NCBI RefSeq assembly: GCF_009914755.1 | Contig: NC_060931.1 | Origin: the human T2T-CHM13v2.0 reference genome, Homo sapiens | Reading direction: 5' to 3' (one strand) | DNA: 64,000 nucleotides | In this document: positions 12,901 through 28,400 of the stretch, piece after piece | Numbering within the stretch: the first letter of the stretch is position 1 | Layout: every line of letters starts with the position of its first letter | The notes under the pieces: model-generated | Database searches by the model: none | Told to the model about the DNA's origin: nothing | The model's input: the letters and a program-made list of their open reading frames with translations, nothing else | Made by a program: the position numbers and the translations under genes

Positions 12901-15900
12901 GTGTGCGTTCAACTCACATAGTTTAACCTTTCTTTTCATAGAGCAGTTTGGAAACACTCTGTTTGTAAAGTGTGCAAGTGGATATATGGACCGCATTGAG
13001 GCCTTCGTTGGAAACGGGATTTCTTCATTTCATGCTAGACAGAAGAATTCTCAGTAACTTCTTTGTGCTGTGTGTATTCAACTCACAGAGTGGAACGTCC
13101 CTTTGCACAGAGCAGATTTGAAACACTCTTTTTGTGGAGTTTGCAAGTGGAGATTTCAAGCGATTTGATGCCAACAGTAGAAAAGGAAATATCTTCAAAT
13201 AAAAACTAGACAGAATCATTCTCAGAAACTACTTTGTGATGTGTGCCTTCAACTCACAGAGTTTAACCTTTCTTTTCTTAGAGCAGTTTAGAAACACTCT
13301 GCTTGTTATGACTGCAAGTGGATATTTGGACCTCTTTGAGGCCTTCGTTGCAAACGGGGTTTCTTCCTTTCATGCTAGACTAAGAAGAGTTCTCAGTAAC
13401 TTTTTTGTGTTGTGTGTATTCAACTCACAGAGTTGAACCTTTCTTTAGAGAGAGCAGATTTGAAACACTCTTGCTGTGGCATTTTCAGGTGGAGATTTCA
13501 AGCGATTTGAGGACAATTGCAGAAAAGGAAATATCTTCGTATAATAACCAGACAGAATCATTCTCAGAAAGTGCTTTGTGATGTGTGCGTTCAACTCACA
13601 GAGTTTAACCTTTCTTTTCATAGAGGAGTTTGGAAACACACTGTTTGTAAGGACTGCAAGTGGATATATGGACCTGTTTGAGGCCTTCGTTGGAAACGGG
13701 ATTTCTTCATTGAATGCTAGACGGAAGAATTCTCAGTAAATTCTTTGTGTTGTGTGCATTCAAGTCACAGAGTGGAACGTCCCTTTAGACACAGCAGATT
13801 TGAAACACTCTTTTTGCGGAATTTGCAAGTGGAGATTTCTAGCCATTTGATGCCAACAGTAGAAAGGGAAATATCTTCAAATAAAAACCAGACAGAATCA
13901 TTCTCAGCAAATTCTTTGTGATGTGTGCGTTCAACTCACATAGTTTAACCTTTCTTTTCATAGAGCAGTTTGGAAACACTCTGTTTGTAAAGTCTGCAAG
14001 TGGATATATGGACCGCATTGAGGCCTTCGTTGGAAACGGGATTTCTTCATTTCATGCTAGACAGAAGAATTCTCAGTAACTTCTTTGTGCTGTGTGTATT
14101 CAACTCACAGAGTGGAACGTCCCTTTGCACAGAGCAGATTTGAAACACTCTTTTTGTGGAGTTTGCAAGTGGAGATTTCAAGCGATTTGATGCCAACAGT
14201 AGAAAAGGAAATATCTTCAAATAAAAACTAGACAGAATCATTCTCAGAAACTACTTTGTGATGTGTGCCTTCAACTCACAGAGTTCAACCTTTCTTTTCT
14301 TAGAGCAGTTTAGAAACACTCTGCTTGTTATGTCTGCAAGTGGATATTTGGACCTCTTTGAGGCCTTCGTTGCAAACGGGGTTTCTTCCTTTCATGCTAG
14401 ACTAAGAAGAGTTCTCAGTAACTTTTTTGTGTTGTGTGTATTCAACTCACAGAGTTGAACCTTGCTTTAGAGAGAGCAGATTTGAAACACTCTTGCTGTG
14501 GCATTTTCAGGTGGAGATTTCAAGCGATTTGAGGACAATTGCAGAAAAGGAAATATCTTCGTATAATAACCAGACAGAATCATTCTCAGAAAGTGCTTTG
14601 TGATGTGTGCGTTCAACTCACAGAGTTTAACCTTTCTTTTCATAGAGGAGTTTGGAAACACACTGTTTGTAAAGTCTGCAAGTGGATACATGGACCTGTT
14701 TGAGGCCTTCGTTGGAAACGGGATTTCTTCATTGAATGCTAGACGGAAGAATTCTCAGTAAATTCTTTGTGTTGTGTGCATTCAACTCACAGAGTGGAAC
14801 GTCCCTTTAGACAGAGCAGATTTGAAACACTCTTTTTGCGGAATTTGCAAGTGGAGATTTCTAGCCATTTGATGCCAACAGTAGAAAGGGAAATATCTTC
14901 AAATAAAAACCAGACAGAATCATTCTCAGCAAATTCTTTGTGATGTGTGCGTTCAACTCACATAGTTTAACCTTTCTTTTCATAGAGCAGTTTGGAAACA
15001 CTCTGTTTGTAAAGTCTGCAAGTGGATATATGGACCGCTTTGAGGCCTTCGTTGGAAACGGGATTTCTTCATTTCATGCTAGACAGAAGAATTCTCAGTA
15101 ACTTCTTTGTGCTGTGTGTATTCAACTCACAGAGTGGAACGTCCCTTTGCACAGAGCAGATTTGAAACACTCTTTTTGTGGAGTTTGCAAGTGGAGATTT
15201 CAAGCGATTTGATGCCAACAGTAGAAAAGGAAATATCTTCAAATAAAAACTAGACAGAATCATTCTCAGAAACTACTTTGTGATGTGTGCCTTCAACTCA
15301 CAGAGTTTAACCTTTCTTTTCTTAGAGCAGTTTAGAAACACTCTGCTTGTTATGTCTGCAAGTGGATATTTGGACCTCTTTGAGGCCTTCGTTGCAAACG
15401 GGGTTTCTTCCTTTCATGCTAGACTAAGAAGAGTTCTCAGTAACTTTTTTGTGTTGTGTGTATTCAACTCACAGAGTTGAACCTTGCTTTAGAGAGAGCA
15501 GATTTGAAACACTCTTGCTGTGGCATTTTCAGGTGGAGATTTCAAGCGATTTGAGGACAATTGCAGAAAATGAAATATCTTCGTATAATAACCAGACAGA
15601 ATCATTCTCAGAAAGTGCTTTGTGATGTGTGCGTTCAACTCACACAGTTTAACCTTTCTTTTCATAGAGGAGTTTGGAAACACACTGTTTGTAAAGTCTG
15701 CAAGTGGATACATGGACCTGTTTGAGGCCTTCGTTGGAAACGGGATTTCTTCATTGAATGCTAGACGGAAGAATTCTCAGTAAATTCTTTGTGTTGTGTG
15801 CATTCAACTCACAGAGTGGAACGTCCCTTTAGACAGAGCAGATTTGAAACACTCTTTTTGCGGAATTTGCAAGTGGAGATTTCTAGCCATTTGATGCCAA

Positions 15901-18154
15901 CAGTAGAAAGGGAAATATCTTCAAATAAAAACCAGACAGAAACATTCTCAGAAAATTCTTTGTGATGTGTGCGTTCAACTCACATAGTTTAACCTTTCTT
16001 TTCATAGAGGAGTTTGGAAACACTCTGTTTGTAAAGTCTGCAAGTGGATATATGGACCGCATTGAGGCCTTCGTTGGAAACGGGATTTCTTCATTTCATG
16101 CTAGACAGAAGAATTCTCAGTAACTTCTTTGTGCTGTGTGTATTCAACTCACAGAGTGGAACGTCCCTTTGCACAGAGCAGATTTGAAACACTCTTTTTG
16201 TGGAGTTTGCAAGTGGAGATTTCAAGCGATTTGATGCCAACAGTAGAAAAGGAAATATCTTCAAATAAAAACTAGACAGAATCATTCTCAGAAACTACTT
16301 TGTGATGTGTGCCTTCAACTCACAGAGTTCAACCTTTCTTTTCTTAGAGCAGTTTAGAAACACTCTGCTTGTTATGTCTGCAAGTGGATATTTGGACCTC
16401 TTTGAGGCCTTCGTTGCAAACGGGGTTTCTTCCTTTCATGCTAGACTAAGAAGAGTTCTCAGTAACTTTTTTGTGTTGTGTGTATTCAACTCACAGAGTT
16501 GAACCTTGCTTTAGAGAGAGCAGATTTCAAACACTCTTGCTGTGGCATTTTCAGGTGGAGATTTCAAGCGATTTGAGGACAATTGCAGAAAAGGAAATAT
16601 CTTCGTATAATAACCAGACAGAATCATTCTCAGAAAGTGCTTTGTGATGTGTGCGTTCAACTCACAGAGTTTAACCTTTCTTTTCATAGAGGAGTTTGGA
16701 AACACACTGTTTGTAAAGTCTGCAAGTGGATACATGGACCTGTTTGAGGCCTTCGTTGGAAACGGGATTTCTTCATTGAATGCTAGACGGAAGAATTCTC
16801 AGTAAATTCTTTGTGTTGTGTGCATTCAACTCACAGAGTGGAACGTCCCTTTAGACAGAGCAGATTTGAAACACTCTTTTTGCGGAATTTGCAAGTGGAG
16901 ATTTCTAGCCATTTGATGCCAACAGTAGAAAGGGAAATATCTTCAAATAAAAACCAGACAGAATCATTCTCAGCAAATTCTTTGTGATGTGTGCATTCAA
17001 CTCACATAGTTTAACCTTTCTTTTCATAGAGCAGTTTGGAAACACTCTGTTTGTAAAGTCTGCAAGTGGATATATGGACCGCATTGAGGCCTTCGTTGGA
17101 AACGGGATTTCTTCATTTCATGCTAGACAGAAGAATTCTCAGTAACTTCTTTGTGCTGTGTGTATTCAACTCACAGAGTGGAACGTCCCTTTGCACAGAG
17201 CAGATTTGAAACACTCTTTTTGTGGAGTTTGCAAGTGGAGATTTCAAGCGATTTGATGCCAACAGTAGAAAAGGAAATATCTTCAAATAAAAACTAGACA
17301 GAATCATTCTCAGAAACTACTTTGTGATGTGTGCCTTCAACTCACAGAGTTTAACCTTTCTTTTCTTAGAGCAGTTTAGAAACACTCTGCTTGTTATGTC
17401 TGCAAGTGGATATTTGGACCTCTTTGAGGCCTTCGTTGCAAACGGGGTTTCTTCCTTTCATGCTAGACTAAGAAGAGTTCTCAGTAACTTTTTTGTGTTG
17501 TGTGTATTCAACTCACAGAGTTGAACCTTGCTTTAGAGAGAGCAGATTTGAAACACTCTTGCTGTGGCATTTTCAGGTGGAGATTTCAAGCGATTTGAGG
17601 ACAATTGCAGAAAAGGAAATATCTTCGTATAATAACCAGACAGAATCATTCTCAGAAAGTGCTTTGTGATGTGTGCGTTCAACTCACAGAGTTTAACCTT
17701 TCTTTTCATAGAGGAGTTTGGAAACACACTGTTTGTAAAGTCTGCAAGTGGATACATGGACCTGTTTGAGGCCTTCGTTGGAAACGGGATTTCTTCATTG
17801 AATGCTAGACGGAAGAATTCTCAGTAAATTCTTTGTGTTGTGTGCATTCAACTCACAGAGTGGAACGTCCCTTTAGACAGAGCAGATTTGAAACACTCTT
17901 TTTGCGGAATTTGCAAGTGGAGATTTCTAGCCATTTGATGCCAACAGTAGAAAGGGAAATATCTTCAAATAAAAACCAGACAGAATCATTCTCAGAAAAT
18001 TCTTTGTGATGTGTGCGTTCAACTCACATAGTTTAACCTTTCTTTTCATAGAGCAGTTTGGAAACACTCTGTTTGTAAAGTCTGCAAGTGGATATATGGA
18101 CCGCATTGAGGCCTTCGTTGGAAACGGGATTTCTTCATTTCATGCTAGACAGAA

Positions 18155-18834
18155 GAATTCTCAGTAACTTCTTTGTGCTGTGTGTATTCAACTCACAGAG
18201 TGGAACGTCCCTTTACACAGAGCAGATTTGAAACACTCTTTTTGTGGAGTTTGCAAGTGGAGATTTCAAGCGATTTGATGCCAACAGTAGAAAAGGAAAT
18301 ATCTTCAAATAAAAACTAGACAGAATCATTCTCAGAAACTACTTTGTGATGTGTGCCTTCAACTCACAGAGTTTAACCTTTCTTTTCATAGAGGAGTTTG
18401 GAAACACACTGTTTGTAAAGTCTGCAAGTGGATATATGGACCTGTTTGAGGCCTTCGTTGGAAACGGGATTTCTTCATTGAATGCTAGACGGAAGAATTC
18501 TCAGTAAATTCTTTGTGTTGTGTGCATTCAACTCACAGAGTGGAACGTCCCTTTAGACAGAGCAGATTTGAAACACTCTTTTTGCGGAATTTGCAAGTGG
18601 AGATTTCTAGCCATTTGATGCCAACAGTAGAAAGGGAAATATCTTCAAATAAAAACCAGACAGAATCATTCTCAGAAAATTCTTTGTGATGTGTGCGTTC
18701 AACTCACATAGTTTAACCTTTCTTTTCATAGAGCAGTTTGGAAACACTCTGTTTGTAAAGTCTGCAAGTGGATATATGGACCGCATTGAGGCCTTCGTTG
18801 GAAACGGGATTTATTCATTTCATGCTAGACAGAA
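18155..18834 (+). repeat. 4-mer HOR variant type 1 (680 bp)
   Basis: Same chimeric monomer, junction window 18358-18387. ORF spacing from 17324 to 19026 is 1702 bp. Confidence 0.95.
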
Positions 18835-19474
18835 GAATTCTCAGTAACTTCTTTGTGCTGTGTGTATTCAACTCACAGAGTCGAACGTCCCTTTACACAG
18901 AGCAGATTTGAAACACTCTTTTTGTGGAGTTTGCAAGTGGAGATTTCAAGCGATTTGATGCCAACAGTAGAAAAGGAAATATCTTCAAATAAAAACTAGA
19001 CAGAATCATTCTCAGAAACTACTTTGTGATGTGTGCCTTCAACTCACAGAGTTTAACCTTTCTTTTCTTAGAGCAGTTTAGAAACACTCTGCTTGTTATG
19101 TCTGCAAGTGGATATTTGGACCTCTTTGAGGCCTTCGTTGCAAACGGGGTTTCTTCCTTTCATGCTAGACTAAGAAGAGTTCTCAGTAACTTTTTTGTGT
19201 TGTGTGTATTCAACTCACAGAGTTGAACCTTGCTTTAGAGAGAGCAGATTTGAAACACTCTTGCTGTGGCATTTTCAGGTGGAGATTTCAAGCGATTTGA
19301 GGACAATTGCAGAAAAGGAAATATCTTCGTATAATAACCAGACAGAATCATTCTCAGAAAGTGCTTTGTGATGTGTGCGTTCAACTCACAGAGTTTAACC
19401 TTTCTTTTCATAGAGGAGTTTGGAAACACACTGTTTGTAAGGACTGCAAGTGGATATATGGACCTGTTTGAGGC

Positions 19475-19491
19475 CTTCGTTGGTAACGGGA
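19475..19491 (+). promoter_or_regulatory. CENP-B box with core mutation (A10>T), predicted non-binding
   Basis: CTTCGTTGGTAACGGGA has T at 19484 in place of the core A. Confidence 0.85.
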
Positions 19492-22400
19492 TTTCTTCAT
19501 TGAATGCTAGACGGAAGAATTCTCAGTAAATTCTTTGTGTTGTGTGCATTCAACTCACAGAGTGTAACGTCCCTTTAGACACAGCAGATTTGAAACACTC
19601 TTTTTGCGGAATTTGCAAGTGGAGATTTCTAGCCATTTGATGCCAACAGTAGAAAGGGAAATATCTTCAAATAAAAACCAGACAGAATCATTCTCAGCAA
19701 ATTCTTTGTGATGTGTGCGTTCAACTCACATAGTTTAACCTTTCTTTTCATAGAGCCGTTTGGAAACACTCTGTTTGTAAAGTCTGCAAGTGGATATATG
19801 GACCGCATTGAGGCCTTCGTTGGAAACGGGATTTCTTCATTTCATGCTAGACAGAAGAATTCTCAGTAACTTCTTTGTGCTGTGTGTATTCAACTCACAG
19901 AGTGGAACGTCCCTTTGCACAGAGCAGATTTGAAACACTCTTTTTGTGGAGTTTGCAAGTGGAGATTTCAAGCGATTTGATGCCAACAGTAGAAAAGGAA
20001 ATATCTTCAAATAAAAACTAGACAGAATCATTCTCAGAAACTACTTTGTGATGTGTGCCTTCAACTCACAGAGTTCAACCTTTCTTTTCTTAGAGCAGTT
20101 TAGAAACACTCTGCTTGTTATGTCTGCAAGTGGATATTTGGACCTCTTTGAGGCCTTCGTTGCAAACGGGGTTTCTTCCTTTCATGCTAGACTAAGAAGA
20201 GTTCTCAGTAACTTTTTTGTGTTGTGTGTATTCAACTCACAGAGTTGAACCTTGCTTTAGAGAGAGCAGATTTGAAACACTCTTGCTGTGGCATTTTCAG
20301 GTGGAGATTTCAAGCGATTTGAGGACAATTGCAGAAAAGGAAATATCTTCGTATAATAACCAGACAGAATCATTCTCAGAAAGTGCTTTGTGATGTGTGC
20401 GTTCAACTCACAGAGTTTAACCTTTCTTTTCATAGAGGAGTTTGGAAACACACTGTTTGTAAAGTCTGCAAGTGGATACATGGACCTGTTTGAGGCCTTC
20501 GTTGGAAACGGGATTTCTTCATTGAATGCTAGACGGAAGAATTCTCAGTAAATTCTTTGTGTTGTGTGCATTCAACTCACAGAGTGGAACGTCCCTTTAG
20601 ACAGAGCAGATTTGAAACACTCTTTTTGCGGAATTTGCAAGTGGAGATTTCTAGCCATTTGATGCCAACAGTAGAAAGGGAAATATCTTCAAATAAAAAC
20701 CAGACAGAATCATTCTCAGAAAATTCTTTGTGATGTGTGCGTTCAACTCACATAGTTTAACCTTTCTTTTCATAGAGCAGTTTGGAAACACTCTGTTTGT
20801 AAAGTCTGCAAGTGGATATATGGACCGCTTTGAGGCCTTCGTTGGAAACGGGATTTCTTCATTTCATGCTAGACAGAAGAATTCTCAGTAACTTCTTTGT
20901 GCTGTGTGTATTCAACTCACAGAGTGGAACGTCCCTTTGCACAGAGCAGATTTGAAACACTCTTTTTGTGGAGTTTGCAAGTGGAGATTTCAAGCGATTT
21001 GATGCCAACAGTAGAAAAGGAAATATCTTCAAATAAAAACTAGACAGAATCATTCTCAGAAACTACTTTGTGATGTGTGCCTTCAACTCACAGAGTTTAA
21101 CCTTTCTTTTCTTAGAGCAGTTTAGAAACACTCTGCTTGTTATGTCTGCAAGTGGATATTTGGACCTCTTTGAGGCCTTCGTTGCAAACGGGGTTTCTTC
21201 CTTTCATGCTAGACTAAGAAGAGTTCTCAGTAACTTTTTTGTGTTGTGTGTATTCAACTCACAGAGTTGAACCTTGCTTTAGAGAGAGCAGATTTGAAAC
21301 ACTCTTGCTGTGGCATTTTCAGGTGGAGATTTCAAGCGATTTGAGGACAATTGCAGAAAAGGAAATATCTTCGTATAATAACCAGACAGAATCATTCTCA
21401 GAAAGTGCTTTGTGATGTGTGCGTTCAACTCACAGAGTTTAACCTTTCTTTTCATAGAGGAGTTTGGAAACACACTGTTTGTAAAGTCTGCAAGTGGATA
21501 CATGGACCTGTTTGAGGCCTTCGTTGGAAACGGGATTTCTTCATTGAATGCTAGACGGAAGAATTCTCAGTAAATTCTTTGTGTTGTGTGCATTCAACTC
21601 ACAGAGTGGAACGTCCCTTTAGACAGAGCAGATTTGAAACACTCTTTTTGCGGAATTTGCAAGTGGAGATTTCTAGCCATTTGATGCCAACAGTAGAAAG
21701 GGAAATATCTTCAAATAAAAACCAGACAGAATCATTCTCAGAAAATTCTTTGTGATGTGTGCGTTCAACTCACATAGTTTAACCTTTCTTTTCATAGAGC
21801 AGTTTGGAAACACTCTGTTTGTAAAGTCTGCAAGTGGATATATGGACCGCATTGAGGCCTTCGTTGGAAACGGGATTTCTTCATTTCATGCTAGACAGAA
21901 GAATTCTCAGTAACTTCTTTGTGCTGTGTGTATTCAACTCACAGAGTGGAACGTCCCTTTGCACAGAGCAGATTTGAAACACTCTTTTTGTGGAGTTTGC
22001 AAGTGGAGATTTCAAGCGATTTGATGCCAACAGTAGAAAAGGAAATATCTTCAAATAAAAACTAGACAGAATCATTCTCAGAAACTACTTTGTGATGTGT
22101 GCCTTCAACTCACAGAGTTTAACCTTTCTTTTCTTAGAGCAGTTTAGAAACACTCTGCTTGTTATGTCTGCAAGTGGATATTTGGACCTCTTTGAGGCCT
22201 TCGTTGCAAACGGGGTTTCTTCCTTTCATGCTAGACTAAGAAGAGTTCTCAGTAACTTTTTTGTGTTGTGTGTATTCAACTCACAGAGTTGAACCTTGCT
22301 TTAGAGAGAGCAGATTTGAAACACTCTTGCTGTGGCATTTTCAGGTGGAGATTTCAAGCGATTTGAGGACAATTGCAGAAAAGGAAATATCTTCGTATAA

Positions 22401-25400
22401 TAACCAGACAGAATCATTCTCAGAAAGTGCTTTGTGATGTGTGCGTTCAACTCACAGAGTTTAACCTTTCTTTTCATAGAGGAGTTTGGAAACACACTGT
22501 TTGTAAAGTCTGCAAGTGGATACATGGACCTGTTTGAGGCCTTCGTTGGAAACGGGATTTCTTCATTGAATGCTAGACGGAAGAATTCTCAGTAAATTCT
22601 TTGTGTTGTGTGCATTCAACTCACAGAGTGGAACGTCCCTTTAGACAGAGCAGATTTGAAACACTCTTTTTGCGGAATTTGCAAGTGGAGATTTCTAGCC
22701 ATTTGATGCCAACAGTAGAAAGGGAAATATCTTCAAATAAAAACCAGACAGAATCATTCTCAGAAAATTCTTTGTGATGTGTGCGTTCAACTCACATAGT
22801 TTAACCTTTCTTTTCATAGAGCAGTTTGGAAACACTCTGTTTGTAAAGTCTGCAAGTGGATATATGGACCGCTTTGAGGCCTTCGTTGGAAACGGGATTT
22901 CTTCATTTCATGCTAGACAGAAGAATTCTCAGTAACTTCTTTGTGCTGTGTGTATTCAACTCACAGAGTGGAACGTCCCTTTACACAGAGCAGATTTGAA
23001 ACACTCTTTTTGTGGAGTTTGCAAGTGGAGATTTCAAGCGATTTGATGCCAACAGTAGAAAAGGAAATATCTTCAAATAAAAACTAGACAGAATCATTCT
23101 CAGAAACTACTTTGTGATGTGTGCCTTCAACTCACAGAGTTTAACCTTTCTTTTCTTAGAGCAGTTTAGAAACACTCTGCTTGTTATGTCTGCAAGTGGA
23201 TATTTGGACCTCTTTGAGGCCTTCGTTGCAAACGGGGTTTCTTCCTTTCATGCTAGACTAAGAAGAGTTCTCAGTAACTTTTTTGTGTTGTGTGTATTCA
23301 ACTCACAGAGTTGAACCTTGCTTTAGAGAGAGCAGATTTGAAACACTCTTGCTGTGGCATTTTCAGGTGGAGATTTCAAGCGATTTGAGGACAATTGCAG
23401 AAAAGGAAATATCTTCGTATAATAACCAGACAGAATCATTCTCAGAAAGTGCTTTGTGATGTGTGCGTTCAACTCACAGAGTTTAACCTTTCTTTTCATA
23501 GAGGAGTTTGGAAACACACTGTTTGTAAGGACTGCAAGTGGATATATGGACCTGTTTGAGGCCTTCGTTGGAAACGGGATTTCTTCATTGAATGCTAGAC
23601 GGAAGAATTCTCAGTAAATTCTTTGTGTTGTGTGCATTCAACTCACAGAGTGGAACGTCCCTTTAGACAGAGCAGATTTGAAACACTCTTTTTGCGGAAT
23701 TTGCAAGTGGAGATTTCTAGCCATTTGATGCCAACAGTAGAAAGGGAAATATCTTCAAATAAAAACCAGACAGAATCATTCTCAGAAAATTCTTTGTGAT
23801 GTGTGCGTTCAACTCACATAGTTTAACCTTTCTTTTCATAGAGCAGTTTGGAAACACTCTGTTTGTAAAGTCTGCAAGTGGATATATGGACCGCATTGAG
23901 GCCTTCGTTGGAAACGGGATTTCTTCATTTCATGCTAGACAGAAGAATTCTCAGTAACTTCTTTGTGCTGTGTGTATTCAACTCACAGAGTGGAACGTCC
24001 CTTTGCACAGAGCAGATTTGAAACACTCTTTTTGTGGAGTTTGCAAGTGGAGATTTCAAGCGATTTGATGCCAACAGTAGAAAAGGAAATATCTTCAAAT
24101 AAAAACTAGACAGAATCATTCTCAGAAACTACTTTGTGATGTGTGCCTTCAACTCACAGAGTTTAACCTTTCTTTTCTTAGAGCAGTTTAGAAACACTCT
24201 GCTTGTTATGACTGCAAGTGGATATTTGGACCTCTTTGAGGCCTTCGTTGCAAACGGGGTTTCTTCCTTTCATGCTAGACTAAGAAGAGTTCTCAGTAAC
24301 TTTTTTGTGTTGTGTGTATTCAACTCACAGAGTTGAACCTTTCTTTAGAGAGAGCAGATTTGAAACACTCTTGCTGTGGCATTTTCAGGTGGAGATTTCA
24401 AGCGATTTGAGGACAATTGCAGAAAAGGAAATATCTTCGTATAATAACCAGACAGAATCATTCTCAGAAAGTGCTTTGTGATGTGTGCGTTCAACTCACA
24501 GAGTTTAACCTTTCTTTTCATAGAGGAGTTTGGAAACACACTGTTTGTAAGGACTGCAAGTGGATATATGGACCTGTTTGAGGCCTTCGTTGGAAACGGG
24601 ATTTCTTCATTGAATGCTAGACGGAAGAATTCTCAGTAAATTCTTTGTGTTGTGTGCATTCAAGTCACAGAGTGGAACGTCCCTTTAGACACAGCAGATT
24701 TGAAACACTCTTTTTGCGGAATTTGCAAGTGGAGATTTCTAGCCATTTGATGCCAACAGTAGAAAGGGAAATATCTTCAAATAAAAACCAGACAGAATCA
24801 TTCTCAGCAAATTCTTTGTGATGTGTGCGTTCAACTCACATAGTTTAACCTTTCTTTTCATAGAGCAGTTTGGAAACACTCTGTTTGTAAAGTCTGCAAG
24901 TGGATATATGGACCGCATTGAGGCCTTCGTTGGAAACGGGATTTCTTCATTTCATGCTAGACAGAAGAATTCTCAGTAACTTCTTTGTGCTGTGTGTATT
25001 CAACTCACAGAGTGGAACGTCCCTTTGCACAGAGCAGATTTGAAACACTCTTTTTGTGGAGTTTGCAAGTGGAGATTTCAAGCGATTTGATGCCAACAGT
25101 AGAAAAGGAAATATCTTCAAATAAAAACTAGACAGAATCATTCTCAGAAACTACTTTGTGATGTGTGCCTTCAACTCACAGAGTTCAACCTTTCTTTTCT
25201 TAGAGCAGTTTAGAAACACTCTGCTTGTTATGTCTGCAAGTGGATATTTGGACCTCTTTGAGGCCTTCGTTGCAAACGGGGTTTCTTCCTTTCATGCTAG
25301 ACTAAGAAGAGTTCTCAGTAACTTTTTTGTGTTGTGTGTATTCAACTCACAGAGTTGAACCTTGCTTTAGAGAGAGCAGATTTGAAACACTCTTGCTGTG

Positions 25401-28400
25401 GCATTTTCAGGTGGAGATTTCAAGCGATTTGAGGACAATTGCAGAAAAGGAAATATCTTCGTATAATAACCAGACAGAATCATTCTCAGAAAGTGCTTTG
25501 TGATGTGTGCGTTCAACTCACAGAGTTTAACCTTTCTTTTCATAGAGGAGTTTGGAAACACACTGTTTGTAAAGTCTGCAAGTGGATACATGGACCTGTT
25601 TGAGGCCTTCGTTGGAAACGGGATTTCTTCATTGAATGCTAGACGGAAGAATTCTCAGTAAATTCTTTGTGTTGTGTGCATTCAACTCACAGAGTGGAAC
25701 GTCCCTTTAGACAGAGCAGATTTGAAACACTCTTTTTGCGGAATTTGCAAGTGGAGATTTCTAGCCATTTGATGCCAACAGTAGAAAGGGAAATATCTTC
25801 AAATAAAAACCAGACAGAATCATTCTCAGCAAATTCTTTGTGATGTGTGCGTTCAACTCACATAGTTTAACCTTTCTTTTCATAGAGCAGTTTGGAAACA
25901 CTCTGTTTGTAAAGTCTGCAAGTGGATATATGGACCGCTTTGAGGCCTTCGTTGGAAACGGGATTTCTTCATTTCATGCTAGACAGAAGAATTCTCAGTA
26001 ACTTCTTTGTGCTGTGTGTATTCAACTCACAGAGTGGAACGTCCCTTTGCACAGAGCAGATTTGAAACACTCTTTTTGTGGAGTTTGCAAGTGGAGATTT
26101 CAAGCGATTTGATGCCAACAGTAGAAAAGGAAATATCTTCAAATAAAAACTAGACAGAATCATTCTCAGAAACTACTTTGTGATGTGTGCCTTCAACTCA
26201 CAGAGTTTAACCTTTCTTTTCTTAGAGCAGTTTAGAAACACTCTGCTTGTTATGTCTGCAAGTGGATATTTGGACCTCTTTGAGGCCTTCGTTGCAAACG
26301 GGGTTTCTTCCTTTCATGCTAGACTAAGAAGAGTTCTCAGTAACTTTTTTGTGTTGTGTGTATTCAACTCACAGAGTTGAACCTTGCTTTAGAGAGAGCA
26401 GATTTGAAACACTCTTGCTGTGGCATTTTCAGGTGGAGATTTCAAGCGATTTGAGGACAATTGCAGAAAATGAAATATCTTCGTATAATAACCAGACAGA
26501 ATCATTCTCAGAAAGTGCTTTGTGATGTGTGCGTTCAACTCACAGAGTTTAACCTTTCTTTTCATAGAGGAGTTTGGAAACACACTGTTTGTAAAGTCTG
26601 CAAGTGGATACATGGACCTGTTTGAGGCCTTCGTTGGAAACGGGATTTCTTCATTGAATGCTAGACGGAAGAATTCTCAGTAAATTCTTTGTGTTGTGTG
26701 CATTCAACTCACAGAGTGGAACGTCCCTTTAGACAGAGCAGATTTGAAACACTCTTTTTGCGGAATTTGCAAGTGGAGATTTCTAGCCATTTGATGCCAA
26801 CAGTAGAAAGGGAAATATCTTCAAATAAAAACCAGACAGAATCATTCTCAGAAAATTCTTTGTGATGTGTGCGTTCAACTCACATAGTTTAACCTTTCTT
26901 TTCATAGAGGAGTTTGGAAACACTCTGTTTGTAAAGTCTGCAAGTGGATATATGGACCGCATTGAGGCCTTCGTTGGAAACGGGATTTCTTCATTTCATG
27001 CTAGACAGAAGAATTCTCAGTAACTTCTTTGTGCTGTGTGTATTCAACTCACAGAGTGGAACGTCCCTTTGCACAGAGCAGATTTGAAACACTCTTTTTG
27101 TGGAGTTTGCAAGTGGAGATTTCAAGCGATTTGATGCCAACAGTAGAAAAGGAAATATCTTCAAATAAAAACTAGACAGAATCATTCTCAGAAACTACTT
27201 TGTGATGTGTGCCTTCAACTCACAGAGTTCAACCTTTCTTTTCTTAGAGCAGTTTAGAAACACTCTGCTTGTTATGTCTGCAAGTGGATATTTGGACCTC
27301 TTTGAGGCCTTCGTTGCAAACGGGGTTTCTTCCTTTCATGCTAGACTAAGAAGAGTTCTCAGTAACTTTTTTGTGTTGTGTGTATTCAACTCACAGAGTT
27401 GAACCTTGCTTTAGAGAGAGCAGATTTCAAACACTCTTGCTGTGGCATTTTCAGGTGGAGATTTCAAGCGATTTGAGGACAATTGCAGAAAAGGAAATAT
27501 CTTCGTATAATAACCAGACAGAATCATTCTCAGAAAGTGCTTTGTGATGTGTGCGTTCAACTCACAGAGTTTAACCTTTCTTTTCATAGAGGAGTTTGGA
27601 AACACACTGTTTGTAAAGTCTGCAAGTGGATACATGGACCTGTTTGAGGCCTTCGTTGGAAACGGGATTTCTTCATTGAATGCTAGACGGAAGAATTCTC
27701 AGTAAATTCTTTGTGTTGTGTGCATTCAACTCACAGAGTGGAACGTCCCTTTAGACAGAGCAGATTTGAAACACTCTTTTTGCGGAATTTGCAAGTGGAG
27801 ATTTCTAGCCATTTGATGCCAACAGTAGAAAGGGAAATATCTTCAAATAAAAACCAGACAGAATCATTCTCAGCAAATTCTTTGTGATGTGTGCATTCAA
27901 CTCACATAGTTTAACCTTTCTTTTCATAGAGCAGTTTGGAAACACTCTGTTTGTAAAGTCTGCAAGTGGATATATGGACCGCATTGAGGCCTTCGTTGGA
28001 AACGGGATTTCTTCATTTCATGCTAGAGAGAAGAATTCTCAGTAACTTCTTTGTGCTGTGTGTATTCAACTCACAGAGTGGAACGTCCCTTTGCACAGAG
28101 CAGATTTGAAACACTCTTTTTGTGGAGTTTGCAAGTGGAGATTTCAAGCGATTTGATGCCAACAGTAGAAAAGGAAATATCTTCAAATAAAAACTAGACA
28201 GAATCATTCTCAGAAACTACTTTGTGATGTGTGCCTTCAACTCACAGAGTTTAACCTTTCTTTTCTTAGAGCAGTTTAGAAACACTCTGCTTGTTATGTC
28301 TGCAAGTGGATATTTGGACCTCTTTGAGGCCTTCGTTGCAAACGGGGTTTCTTCCTTTCATGCTAGACTAAGAAGAGTTCTCAGTAACTTTTTTGTGTTG

